A DNA stretch of 64,000 nucleotides from an uncultured Verrucomicrobiaceae bacterium. Lineage in GTDB: Bacteria; Verrucomicrobiota; Verrucomicrobiia; Methylacidiphilales; CAYYVW01. The notes beneath the pieces are model-generated. The model ran no database searches, was not told the DNA's origin, and saw only the letters and a list, made by a program, of their open reading frames with translations. The translations under genes and the position numbers were made by a program. Location: positions 37,205 through 101,204 of the forward strand of contig CAYYVW010000007.1 in the NCBI GenBank assembly GCA_964473925.1, in the 5' to 3' direction. This document shows, in pieces, positions 1 to 9,246 of the stretch (position 1 is its first letter; every line of letters begins with the position of its first letter).

Positions 1-1
1 C

Positions 2-298
2 TTCGGTTCTGAAGCGGAGGATTACGCGCGTGCGCTGGAAGGGGAAGAGTACAAGTTTTTGCAGTATGGCTTTCGGATGCGCAAACAAGATCTCTCGTGT
101 TACGACGTTCATGAGCCGATGGAAACTGTGCTCGAACGCGTCGCGCACGAAGTTCGTGAATTGGACAACCCCTTTGCTTCGGTTATGTCGGGCATCGAGG
201 CAGGCTGGGAGGTGAGCCTCCTCAAGCTCATGGTGGCGATGGTGCATCGTTCGGCCGACGGCAATCGTCGGGATTTGCACAAACGCGGACTTTTGTAA
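2..298 (+). CDS. 3' end of a CDS entering from the left edge; product unknown
   Basis: Frame 2 is open from base 2 to TAA at 296-298. The ORF track starts it only at an internal Met (59). The translation FGSEAEDYARALEGEEYKFLQYGF... is non-repetitive, and I recognise no family. Confidence 0.4.
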   Translation, partial: FGSEAEDYARALEGEEYKFLQYGFRMRKQDLSCYDVHEPMETVLERVAHEVRELDNPFASVMSGIEAGWEVSLLKLMVAMVHRSADGNRRDLHKRGLL

Positions 299-312
299 AA
301 ATATCTCACTTT

Positions 313-1056
313 ATGGCGACAGAAAAAATTCGACGCGCAGTATTGCGCGCCATTGACACTACTGGCGGCCTTGCTGCCGACGCACGCGTCTTGGATATCG
401 GCCCCGGCGACGGCGCGCTGATCCGAAGACTGCGAGAGCATTACGGCGTCCAAACGGCGGCGTGCGATTACACCAAAGAGTTGATGCGAATTCCTGATCA
501 GCAAGTTGATATTGCGGATTTAAATCATGAACCGCTTCCCTATCCAGATGCCTCTTTCGATCTAATCACCTGCACCGAAGTTGCCGAGCACTTGGAAAAT
601 CACTTTGAGCTGTTGCGTGAAGTGCGACGGATCCTCAAACCGGGTGGACGGGCCATTTTCTCCACTCCCAATATTCTTAACATACGATCACGCCTCGGTT
701 ATCTGGTCTGCGGATTTGCACATCTTTTTGGTCCCATGCCTGTCGAGGGTGGCCTGCGCGAGTCACTTTCAGGCCATATCAACCCGTTGGGCGCATTTTA
801 CTTTGGACACGCAGCTTATGTTGCCGGACTGGAAGACGTCCGCATCTCAATCGACAAATGGCAGCGCGGCAGCATTCCATCGCTTGCTTTTTTGTGGCTC
901 CCTATTTGGATTTCTGCCGCTTGGTGGAAATGGCGCCAGCGTTGCGGCCGCAGAAAAGCAATCAATGCCGGAAATGAAAAACTCGTCAACGCAGTCAATT
1001 CACTCGATGTACTGCTTGGCCGAACGGTTATTCTCTCGGCACGTCGCCCAGATTAA
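313..1056 (+). CDS. Class I SAM-dependent methyltransferase
   Basis: 247-aa ORF. SAM-binding motif I-like VLDIGPGDGALIRRL, then ILKPGGRAIFSTPN (post-II/III motif). Confidence 0.75.
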   Translation: MATEKIRRAVLRAIDTTGGLAADARVLDIGPGDGALIRRLREHYGVQTAACDYTKELMRIPDQQVDIADLNHEPLPYPDASFDLITCTEVAEHLENHFELLREVRRILKPGGRAIFSTPNILNIRSRLGYLVCGFAHLFGPMPVEGGLRESLSGHINPLGAFYFGHAAYVAGLEDVRISIDKWQRGSIPSLAFLWLPIWISAAWWKWRQRCGRRKAINAGNEKLVNAVNSLDVLLGRTVILSARRPD

Positions 1057-1110
1057 ATCGGATTGCCGCCACTGCCATGCTGGGGCATCGTTTGACAACG
1101 ACGGTTTTAA

Positions 1111-1184
1111 CGGAGCGTAGCTCAGCCTGGTAGAGCACTTGGTTTGGGACCAAGACGTCGCAGGTTCAAATCCTGTCGCTCCGA
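1111..1184 (+). tRNA. tRNA-Pro (anticodon UGG)
   Basis: Hand-folded cloverleaf: acceptor CGGAGCG/CGCTCCG, D-arm GCTC-AGCCTGGTA-GAGC, anticodon stem CTTGG/CCAAG with loop TT-TGG-GA, T-arm GCAGG-TTCAAAT-CCTGT, discriminator A. CCA is not encoded. Confidence 0.9.
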
Positions 1185-1205
1185 AAATCATGTGGATTTT
1201 TTGTT

Positions 1206-1967
1206 ATGTCTTCTTCGGTTCATTTTGCAATCGCACCTGAAACATTGGAACGATTTCCCGAATGTGCAGCAGGCGGTTTTATTGTGGAAAATCTGCAGAC
1301 GGTAGTCTCTGCCCTCACTTCTGATCGAATCAATGCACTGTGGCAAGAAGCGCGAAGCGGCCTTGAGCAGGAATTTCCAACCGCTGAAGCCATTCCACAA
1401 CATCCTGCCATTGCCCCCTGGCGTCAGGCGTATGCAGCCTGCGGGCTCAAGCCTTCGAGCACTCGCAGCTCACATGAACAAGTGATCCGGCGCCTCCTTG
1501 GCGGAAAACCGATTCAAACACCGCTACCCGTCGTGGACGCTTACTGCGCGCTTTCTGCAAAATATTTAGCCCCTTTAGGAGCGACGGATCTCGATCGCAT
1601 TAGAGACGGACAAATTATGCTGCGGCCCGGGCAACCGGAAACAGATCGCTTTGAACCTCTGGGCGCTGGCGCCGATCAAATGCCCGTCACCGATCGTGTG
1701 ATCGTATATGCATGCAATAACGAAGTCCTGTGTTGGAGCTTCAATCATCGCGACTCCGCTCGCACTTGTTTAACCCCAGAAACAACCCGCGCCCTTTTTA
1801 TGAGCGAAGCCGTGAGCATTGATCGTCACGATGCGCTGCGAACAGTACTCGGCGCCCTGGCGGAATTGTTGCGCGAATGCGGAGCATCCGTGGGCTCCGT
1901 CGACGTCGCAACGGCACAAAACGGCGGTGTGATTGAATTTTCCAATCCACAATCGACGAAAGGCTAA
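1206..1967 (+). CDS. B3/B4 (PheRS-beta-related tRNA-binding) domain protein
   Basis: 253 aa. HPAIAPWRQAYAACGLKPSSTRSSHEQVIRRLLGG...PVVDAYCALSAKYLAPLGATDLDRI matches the pattern I recall for stand-alone B3/4 domain proteins. Confidence 0.6.
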   Translation: MSSSVHFAIAPETLERFPECAAGGFIVENLQTVVSALTSDRINALWQEARSGLEQEFPTAEAIPQHPAIAPWRQAYAACGLKPSSTRSSHEQVIRRLLGGKPIQTPLPVVDAYCALSAKYLAPLGATDLDRIRDGQIMLRPGQPETDRFEPLGAGADQMPVTDRVIVYACNNEVLCWSFNHRDSARTCLTPETTRALFMSEAVSIDRHDALRTVLGALAELLRECGASVGSVDVATAQNGGVIEFSNPQSTKG

Positions 1968-1981
1968 CCGCTATAGAATAT

Positions 1982-2596
1982 ATGCACGCGGCCGCTCTTC
2001 GTTATTTACGAAAATCTGATCCGACATTGGCCAAACTGATCACCCGTGTCGGCCCATGCGAATTAAAGGCCCGGAAAGATTTGCCGATCGATTTATATCT
2101 AGTGCGCGCGGTTGTCTACCAACAACTGCATGGGAAAGCAGCTGCGGCAATCTTGGGCCGGGTGATGAAAATGCTCGCCGTACCGCATGCGGAGGCAGCG
2201 AAAAAAATCTTAGGTATAAAACCCGCGCATTTACGTGCTTGCGGCCTTTCCGCGTCAAAGCTCGCAGCTATTCGCGGCCTGGCGGAAGCATCCGTTGGCG
2301 GCAAACTTCCCAACGCGCGGCGCATGTCCCGGATGACGGATGAAGCGATTATCGAAGAGCTCATCGAGCTGCGCGGTATTGGACGGTGGACGGCACAAAT
2401 GCTGCTGGTCTTCCGTCTCGGCCGGCCGGATGTGCTCGCGGAAGGCGACTACGGCCTACGCAAAGGCTTCATGCTGGCTTACAAAAAAAAGCAGCTGCCA
2501 ACGCCTAAAGAACTGCTTACGTATGGAAAACGCTGGAGCCCTTATCGCTCCGTCGCGTCGTGGTATTTATGGCGCGCTGTCGAATTACTCAACTGA
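1982..2596 (+). CDS. DNA-3-methyladenine glycosylase II-type HhH-GPD base-excision enzyme
   Basis: 204 aa. Helix-hairpin-helix LIELRGIGRWTAQMLLVF followed by the conserved Asp region RPDVLAEGDYGLRKG. Confidence 0.8.
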   Translation: MHAAALRYLRKSDPTLAKLITRVGPCELKARKDLPIDLYLVRAVVYQQLHGKAAAAILGRVMKMLAVPHAEAAKKILGIKPAHLRACGLSASKLAAIRGLAEASVGGKLPNARRMSRMTDEAIIEELIELRGIGRWTAQMLLVFRLGRPDVLAEGDYGLRKGFMLAYKKKQLPTPKELLTYGKRWSPYRSVASWYLWRAVELLN

Positions 2597-3142
2597 CGTC
2601 GACCGATTGCCGCGCAAGGTACGCACCATCGACAGGGCATAATCCTGCAACCGTCCGCAAAGCACATCCGCCATAGCCCACAGACTAGTCGCAATGAGTA
2701 TCAGAAAATTGCCTCCTAGCGCAGCCGTCACGACTCCAGAAAGCTTCATCACGACATTGGAAACTCCCACGAGAGGCTGAATGAGATCAGCCGCGCGCTT
2801 CAGGCGCTTAGATATTTTATCCTGCTGAAAGCATTGGGAAATTTTTTCCAACGGCCAGCGCAGCACGCCGACGGTCCAAGAAACTGCCATCAGCACCAAC
2901 ACAATGCGCAAGCTGGTGTTGTCGCCCAGCGTTGTTGCTGCCGCCAGCACATAATCACCGCCTGCAAATCCCAGGGCCCCGAGGGAATAACCTGCCGTGG
3001 TATGGCCCTTGCGCATAAACATCACTTCGGCAAAAAAGAAAAGCAGCGCCGCCACGACGCTGTGCACATCTCCGGCAAGAATAGGGATCAAGCTGCCAAT
3101 GAAGCTGAGGATGCCGCCGATATTTTCGGATTTAAGTTTCAT
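2585..3142 (-). CDS. Hypothetical polytopic membrane protein
   Basis: The ORF track gives 2585..3265, but that N-terminus overlaps the upstream permease. The internal ATG at 3142 (MKLKSENIGGILSFIGSLIPILAG...) gives a 185-aa hydrophobic protein 7 nt after the permease stop. No family recognised. Confidence 0.45.
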   Translation of the reverse strand: MKLKSENIGGILSFIGSLIPILAGDVHSVVAALLFFFAEVMFMRKGHTTAGYSLGALGFAGGDYVLAAATTLGDNTSLRIVLVLMAVSWTVGVLRWPLEKISQCFQQDKISKRLKRAADLIQPLVGVSNVVMKLSGVVTAALGGNFLILIATSLWAMADVLCGRLQDYALSMVRTLRGNRSTSVE

Positions 3143-3149
3143 TATTAGT

Positions 3150-4271
3150 TTATCTTCGATTGTTTTTAGGATCAAACGCATCGCGTAAACCATCACCGAC
3201 AAGGTTGTAAGCGGTGATCGTGACGAAAATCGCCATTCCGGGAAATGCCGCCTGCCACCAAGCAAAATCGATTGCTTTGCGTGCTTCGGCTAGCAGCCCA
3301 CCCCACGTCGGCACCGGTGGCGGAACCCCGAGACCCAGAAAACTCAGGGACGATTCGATTAGAATTGCCGATGCAACCCCGAACGTCGCGCTGACGACGA
3401 TGGGTCCCAGCGTATTGGGTAACAAATGACGGAGGATGATGCGTGCGTCTCCCGCACCTGTGACTCGAGCCGCGAGAATAAAAGGCTCAGCCGTCAATCG
3501 CAGCGCTTCTCCACGAACCAGGCGCGCAACTCCGGTCCATCCGGTCAGTCCAATAATTGCCATCAGAATAAATAGACTGGGCTGCATCAGTGCAATAACG
3601 GTAAGAATGAGAAAAAACGTTGGGAAGCATTCCATGACTTCCACCACGCGCGAAAGCATCCAATCGACCCGACCCCCCCAATATCCGGCCACTGCTCCTA
3701 TCAACGTGCCGAGGGTAACGCTAATTGCTGCCGCAACAAAACCAACGGAGAGCGAAACACGGCCTGCGTGCAAAAGCCGGCTAGCCAAATCTCGTCCCAA
3801 ACCATCCGTTCCCATCCAATGTAGCTGAGAAGGAGGAAGATACGATTCCGCTGCTTGTTGATACGGCCCAAAAGGAATAGGCGGTAAAATTTTAAGCTGA
3901 GAAGGCGCCGCCTCATAATCGATTGTATCTAAAAAATCGGATTGAGCAGCGCATCGAATTTCAACTCCTAGGATTACAAAAATTATTACGATAACTCCGA
4001 TGCGAAATTTTGGAACAAATCGATACCGCCAAATCAAAAATGCCAATGGAACGTAAATTAAAAAACGCCACTCAATAGAGGTAAGCGAGCGGAGTGCCGG
4101 CGCAAAAAGTACGCCGGATGCATCGATCCAAAGCAGTGGTTTATCATTAGCCAAAAGAGGCGCCGCAGCCGACAACAGGAAAAGCGCTATAATTACGCGC
4201 CAACCCCAGCGAACCCAAAGATTTTGGTCGAAAATACGTTCTACGCGATAGGACGATGACAAAGAGTTCAT
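3150..4271 (-). CDS. ABC peptide-type transporter permease (OppC/DppC-like)
   Basis: 373 aa. Binding-protein-dependent transport signature region LRLTAEPFILAARVTGAGDARIILRHLLPN, multiple TM segments. Confidence 0.85.
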   Translation of the reverse strand: MNSLSSSYRVERIFDQNLWVRWGWRVIIALFLLSAAAPLLANDKPLLWIDASGVLFAPALRSLTSIEWRFLIYVPLAFLIWRYRFVPKFRIGVIVIIFVILGVEIRCAAQSDFLDTIDYEAAPSQLKILPPIPFGPYQQAAESYLPPSQLHWMGTDGLGRDLASRLLHAGRVSLSVGFVAAAISVTLGTLIGAVAGYWGGRVDWMLSRVVEVMECFPTFFLILTVIALMQPSLFILMAIIGLTGWTGVARLVRGEALRLTAEPFILAARVTGAGDARIILRHLLPNTLGPIVVSATFGVASAILIESSLSFLGLGVPPPVPTWGGLLAEARKAIDFAWWQAAFPGMAIFVTITAYNLVGDGLRDAFDPKNNRR

Positions 4272-4286
4272 GCAAAAAAATAAAAA

Positions 4287-5276
4287 CTACCGGTAACGAA
4301 TCCGAGGATCTGCCACTGTGTATAAAATATCTGCCAAAAGAAATCCAATGAGCGTGAGCAAGCTCGTCAGTGTAAAAATACCAAGAATAACCGGGTAATC
4401 CCGCGCCAGAATTGAATCGAACGCCAACGCTCCCATGCCGGGAATCGCGAAAATGCTTTCAATAATCACGCTTCCGCCCAAAAGCGCCGGCAGTTGAAAC
4501 GCCAAGAGCGTCAGCAGCGGGATCAGCGCGTTACGCAATCCATGCCCGATCACTACGGAAAATTCCCGAAGTCCTTTGGCGCGCGCTGTGCGGATGTAAT
4601 CTTGCGAGAGCGTCTCGAGCATTGCACTGCGCATGTAGCGCGAAAGACCAGCCAAGCTTGCATACGTCAGACAAAAAATGGGCAGCACTAAATGCCACCC
4701 ACGATCGATCGCCTGGCGCCACCAGGGCCAAGCATCGGCTCCCGCACTTTGCAGGCCGTAGATGGGGAACCAGTTTAAAAAATCTCCGCCGCCAAAAAAA
4801 AGAATGAGCAGGAGCGCCACCCAAAAACTTGGTAAAGAATAGAGCATAAAAAGCGCCAACCCCGCCCCACGATCAAACGCGCCATCACGTCGGGCCGCCG
4901 AAAAAACACCAACTGGCACCGCGATTAAGTAGGCAATCAAAATGGAAGTAACGGACAATTGCAGTGAAACAGGAAGCCGTTCCATTATTTTTTTAAGCAC
5001 CGGCCTGGAATCGACATAGGAGACTCCAAAATCAAATGTTGTCAGTCGCCCAAGCCACTGAACATATCGATCCCATACGGGTCGATCGAGCTGATAACGC
5101 TGACGTAGCGCAGTGAGCGCTTCGGCGGATTGCGCATGCTGCGTTTCATCCAACCCTCGACCTCGCAAGGAAATGGGATCGCCGGGCGCGAGCTGTACCA
5201 CCAGAAAAGTAATCAGACTAATTCCCAGCAGTGTCGGAATCATCCAAAAGAGCCGCCGGACTAGATAAGTTGTCAT
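4287..5276 (-). CDS. ABC peptide-type transporter permease (OppB/DppB-like)
   Basis: Typical N-terminus MTTYLVRRLFWMIPTLLGISLITF from the ATG at 5276. EAA-loop region QDYIRTARAKGLREFSVVIGHGLRNALIP. Confidence 0.85.
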   Translation of the reverse strand: MTTYLVRRLFWMIPTLLGISLITFLVVQLAPGDPISLRGRGLDETQHAQSAEALTALRQRYQLDRPVWDRYVQWLGRLTTFDFGVSYVDSRPVLKKIMERLPVSLQLSVTSILIAYLIAVPVGVFSAARRDGAFDRGAGLALFMLYSLPSFWVALLLILFFGGGDFLNWFPIYGLQSAGADAWPWWRQAIDRGWHLVLPIFCLTYASLAGLSRYMRSAMLETLSQDYIRTARAKGLREFSVVIGHGLRNALIPLLTLLAFQLPALLGGSVIIESIFAIPGMGALAFDSILARDYPVILGIFTLTSLLTLIGFLLADILYTVADPRIRYR

Positions 5277-5317
5277 GAAAAAACTGGAATTAAAACCGCG
5301 ATCTAATCTCCACGCTC

Positions 5318-7009
5318 TCAAGGATACTTTCTCCACCCAGCCGGAACAAACCATTCGCTTACGTCATAGCTGGGTCGCACGGGATAAAGCTGGATGTTCT
5401 GCCATCGCGCGTTCACGGCCAACAAAGCTTTTGGCACCGTGAGAAAAATAACCGGCGCATCTGCAGCAATGATCGCATGCAACTGTCGATAGAGCGCATA
5501 ACGACGAACAGAATTAAATTCTCCACGCGCGGCTTCCATCAATCGGTCTGCTTCTGGATTGGCATATCCAATTGAATTTGAGCTGTCCGTTAATTTGGCC
5601 TGCGAACCGTGCCAGATTTGGTACGGATCCATATCTAGCGACAACGCCCAACTGAGCGCGACAGCATCAAACTCCCATCGTTTCATGCGCTTGAGAAAAA
5701 CGGCCCATTCGAGTTTTGCGATGCGTAGTCGAATGCCCGACCGGGCAAGCTCTTCTTGAAAAATAAGACCGATTTGTTCTGCCCGATCACTCCCTGCGGG
5801 GATCAGATAATCAAACGCGAAAGGATGGCCATCTCGATCGCGGACACCATCGCCATTGGTGTCACGCCAACCCGCTTGATCCAAAAGCGCTCGAGCTGCA
5901 ACAGGATCGAAGGGAATCGCAGCGACATCCTTATTATAACAAGGATCCTGAGGTAAAAAAGGGCCGGTTGTCTTTTGCGCCAAGCCCAAATACACCCGCT
6001 CAATGATGCGATCCCGATCCATCAGCATTGCCAACGCCTTGCGGACTCGAACGTCCAAGAAAATCGGACGCCGCAAATTCCAGCCAACATAATTGTAGCC
6101 AGGAAAATCATACGTGAATTTCTGAATGCGCGATTCAACTCCAGGAGCATCCAGCTGACGCTTCCACTGCAGTGGACTGACTCGATCATAGCAGTCAATA
6201 TCCCCCCGCTTGAGTAACTGCAACGTGACATTGCTCTCAGGCAAAATTTTAAAAACAATGCGCGTAGGCCAAGCATGCTGCCCGTGAGCAAAACCCCAAT
6301 AATTAGCATTACGCTCCAGCACAATTTCTCGTCCTGTCTGCCAATGAAGGAAGCGATAGGCGCCAGTTCCAATCGGCGCACGCCCGGCGGGATGCGCGTT
6401 GAAATCTTCTCCTTTGCCAAAAATATGCTGCGGGATAATCGCAAAGCCGAGCGTTTCGAGCGTTTTAAAATACGGACGGCGTGTGATGAAGCGAACGGTA
6501 TGAGCGTCCACAATTTCACAACCGCTGATTTCATCAAAGTAGGTTCGCAGCGAAGCCGCATCCACTTTTGGATCTTTAATGCGATCAAACGTAAATTTGA
6601 CGTCCTGCACGGTTAGCGGCTGGCCGTCATGCCACAAAACGCCCGCGCGCAGTCGGAACGTATAGACTCGCTTATCGGGGGAAATGGTGAAGGACTCGGC
6701 CAACTGAGGCTTAAACTGCAGCGTTTCTTTATCGCGAGTGATAAGGCCTTCGTAAATTCCCTCATTGATCATGCTTTCATAAGCATCCGATGCTGTCACG
6801 GGATTGAGCGTTTGAGGCTCGGCTTCTAGATTTCGCGTCAGCCAGTCCCCTACAACGGGTGTAGTACGCTCTGCTTGAGAAATAGGAGGCAAACTCGAAG
6901 AATTCGTGGTCGCTGATTTTTTGGAGCATCCTCCTATCATGCAAAATATGACAAGATGGACCGTCAGGCGCAGAAACCGCGGAAGCCTTTGATCAAAATT
7001 CCACCTCAT
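5318..7009 (-). CDS. ABC transporter substrate-binding protein, family 5 (peptide/nickel type)
   Basis: 563 aa. N-terminal signal with a Cys (MIGGCSKK, probable lipoprotein). The body resembles OppA/DppA-like SBPs (GAYRFLHWQTGREIVLERNANYWG). Confidence 0.85.
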   Translation of the reverse strand: MRWNFDQRLPRFLRLTVHLVIFCMIGGCSKKSATTNSSSLPPISQAERTTPVVGDWLTRNLEAEPQTLNPVTASDAYESMINEGIYEGLITRDKETLQFKPQLAESFTISPDKRVYTFRLRAGVLWHDGQPLTVQDVKFTFDRIKDPKVDAASLRTYFDEISGCEIVDAHTVRFITRRPYFKTLETLGFAIIPQHIFGKGEDFNAHPAGRAPIGTGAYRFLHWQTGREIVLERNANYWGFAHGQHAWPTRIVFKILPESNVTLQLLKRGDIDCYDRVSPLQWKRQLDAPGVESRIQKFTYDFPGYNYVGWNLRRPIFLDVRVRKALAMLMDRDRIIERVYLGLAQKTTGPFLPQDPCYNKDVAAIPFDPVAARALLDQAGWRDTNGDGVRDRDGHPFAFDYLIPAGSDRAEQIGLIFQEELARSGIRLRIAKLEWAVFLKRMKRWEFDAVALSWALSLDMDPYQIWHGSQAKLTDSSNSIGYANPEADRLMEAARGEFNSVRRYALYRQLHAIIAADAPVIFLTVPKALLAVNARWQNIQLYPVRPSYDVSEWFVPAGWRKYP

Positions 7010-7014
7010 AAATC

Positions 7015-7725
7015 CTACTTCCGCTTTTTATGATGAGCTACAGCAGCAGCTATAAATTCAACAAAAATTGGAGCAAACACTGGATGGCGCTCCGGGTGGT
7101 ACTGGGTTCCAAAACAATATCCGGGGAGATGTTTGCTCTCGCGCTTACCGCGGACTTGTTCGATAACAGCGTCCGGCGCGCACCATGACTCCACTTCCAA
7201 TCCCGGAGCCAAGCTATCCAGAATCTGATGATGCGCGCTATTGACGCTATCAAATAAAAGCTTGGGCCCTTTTGCGTGTCGAAGCAGCTGAAGGTTATTA
7301 AATTTACATTCGGGATCTTGGTGCCCGGCGACATCTAAATGAAGCGTTCCACCCAACGCAACATTGAGCACTTGCAGTCCACGACAAATTGCCAGCACAG
7401 GCAATCCCATCGCCAATGCGATAGGAAGCGTCGCAAATTCCCAACGATCGCGCGAGAGATTGGGCGATTCTATTTTTGCATAATCTTCAAGCGACAATGG
7501 CTGCTGCAAGAACGATGCATCGATATCTTCGCCGCCGGTTAAAAGAAGCCCATCTGCCCGCGCAATCCACTCGGGCGCCATTTTTGGATCTTCGAGAACA
7601 TTGATCACGCGCAGCGGCAGCCCTGCCGCAGCCGCTATCACCTCGGGCTTGCGCCACATAGATTCAAAGTTTGCGGCATCTTTTGCCCGCAACCAGGTAA
7701 GCAACGTGAGCGGAGCCTCCATCAC
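7015..7725 (-). CDS. Class I glutamine amidotransferase-like, peptidase C26 / gamma-glutamyl hydrolase (PuuD-like) family
   Basis: 236 aa. Nucleophile elbow AICRGLQVLNVALGGTL and GTQYHPE His/Glu motif. Confidence 0.75.
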   Translation of the reverse strand: MMEAPLTLLTWLRAKDAANFESMWRKPEVIAAAAGLPLRVINVLEDPKMAPEWIARADGLLLTGGEDIDASFLQQPLSLEDYAKIESPNLSRDRWEFATLPIALAMGLPVLAICRGLQVLNVALGGTLHLDVAGHQDPECKFNNLQLLRHAKGPKLLFDSVNSAHHQILDSLAPGLEVESWCAPDAVIEQVRGKRESKHLPGYCFGTQYHPERHPVFAPIFVEFIAAAVAHHKKRK

Positions 7726-8384
7726 GCATCAGCCTCCACAGTTACGCGGCTGGCTTCTGACTGTCGCAGATAATCTATCAGTGATTCCAACCCTTCGAAA
7801 AGCAAGTGCGGCCGGGCGGACTCCAGCTTGGCTCGCGTATCGTAACCGGTTAAGACTCCACAAGTGGTCACCCCACCGGCATGACCTGCTTCGATATCAT
7901 GAATCGTATCGCCGACAAAAAGTGTGTCTTGCGGATTGAGTTTATGCGCTTCGAGCATTCGGTGAATGGATTCTCGCTTATCCATTTGCCGCACCCACGC
8001 CGACGCAAAATACTCAGCCAGCCCTAGCCGCGACCCCTGGACACGCCAATGCTCAGAATGGATGGCGCTGAGCAGATGCATCTCAATCCCACGTTCGCGA
8101 CAAAAATCGAGCAGCTCACGGGCAAATGGTAAGGGTTGGATGCTTTCCTGAAGCATTTGGAAAGCCTCGTTGTAGTAGTTTTCAAGCTCTTCGATGGAAA
8201 TTTCAGGTAAGTGCTCCCGATAAAAATCATGATAGGGGAAGTAGAATTTTTCCCGAAATTCATCGAACGAGAACGCGGGCCGTCCGTACCGAACAAAAAG
8301 GATGTTCGCCGCCTCCACGCAAGGGCCCAAATCATCCACCAGCGTGCCAGACCAATCGAAGATGATCTGCTTGAAGGGCGCCAT
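7722..8384 (-). CDS. HAD-superfamily hydrolase (phosphatase-like)
   Basis: 220 aa. Motif I variant IIFDWSGTLVDD (Ser in place of the second Asp) and motif IV VGDTIHDIEAGHAGG. 4-nt ATGA overlap with the downstream C26 gene. Confidence 0.75.
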   Translation of the reverse strand: MAPFKQIIFDWSGTLVDDLGPCVEAANILFVRYGRPAFSFDEFREKFYFPYHDFYREHLPEISIEELENYYNEAFQMLQESIQPLPFARELLDFCRERGIEMHLLSAIHSEHWRVQGSRLGLAEYFASAWVRQMDKRESIHRMLEAHKLNPQDTLFVGDTIHDIEAGHAGGVTTCGVLTGYDTRAKLESARPHLLFEGLESLIDYLRQSEASRVTVEADA

Positions 8385-8434
8385 ATTCTGGAATAGAGTA
8401 AGGGCCCCCGTCCACCCCTTACAAGGAGATTGCC

Positions 8435-9193
8435 ATGCCCGCTACCCGTCGTGAATTCCTGCAAACAACTGCGCTTGCCGCTGTTGGTGTCGCTCTTGCC
8501 GGAGCGGCTGCTCAAAGCCTTGCCACTCCCGTGTCCAACCAGCCTGCTTCAACGGCTAAGGGAGCAGGTCTATTTGTTTTACCTTCGCTGCCCTATGCGG
8601 CGGATGCGTTGGAGCCCTACTTTGATGCAAAAACAATGCAACTTCATCATGATCAACATCATGGATCGTATGTCACCAAGCTCAATGAAGCCATTGCACA
8701 ACATCCAGCGCTTGCCCAGTACCCTATTGAGAAACTGCTGAAAAATCTCAGTGAACTCCCAGAAACGGTTGCTCCTGCAGTTCGTAATTTTGGCGGGGGA
8801 CATTACAACCATAGTCTCTGGTGGCCCATGCTGGCACTCGCAGACCGCGGAGGAGCTGAGCCGCAGGAAGATCTACGTCGGGCGCTGTTCAAAAAATTTG
8901 AATCACTTGAGGGCTTTAAGAAAGCGTTCACAGATGCGGCGGCTAAACACTTCGGAAGCGGCTGGGCCTGGCTGGTTGTGACGCAAGATAAGAAGTTAGC
9001 CCTGCAAACCACCCTTAATCAGGACAGCCCTCTTTCGCAGGGATCCACCCCAATTTTAGGCGTGGATGTATGGGAGCATGCCTATTATTTGAAATACCAA
9101 AACCGCCGCACTGAGTATCTTCAAGCCTTCTGGAACGTTGTTAACTGGAAGCATATCCAACAGCGCTACCAGGAAGCCGTAGACGCGTCTTAA
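8435..9193 (+). CDS. Fe/Mn superoxide dismutase with twin-arginine (Tat) signal peptide
   Basis: The N-terminus MPATRREFLQTTALAAVGVALAG is Tat-like. SOD motifs are HHDQHHGSYV and DVWEHAYYLKYQNRR. Confidence 0.9.
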   Translation: MPATRREFLQTTALAAVGVALAGAAAQSLATPVSNQPASTAKGAGLFVLPSLPYAADALEPYFDAKTMQLHHDQHHGSYVTKLNEAIAQHPALAQYPIEKLLKNLSELPETVAPAVRNFGGGHYNHSLWWPMLALADRGGAEPQEDLRRALFKKFESLEGFKKAFTDAAAKHFGSGWAWLVVTQDKKLALQTTLNQDSPLSQGSTPILGVDVWEHAYYLKYQNRRTEYLQAFWNVVNWKHIQQRYQEAVDAS

Positions 9194-9246
9194 AGGCTTC
9201 CTCCGACGTCTCTTCAGAGGCTTGTAGTAAATTCCTCGACACCCGA

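Noticed and set aside
1111-1184. tRNA-Pro as an integration hotspot or genomic island boundary
   Set aside because: There is no integrase, no direct repeat of the tRNA 3' end and no compositional break in the flanking 5 kb. The neighbours are ordinary small enzymes.
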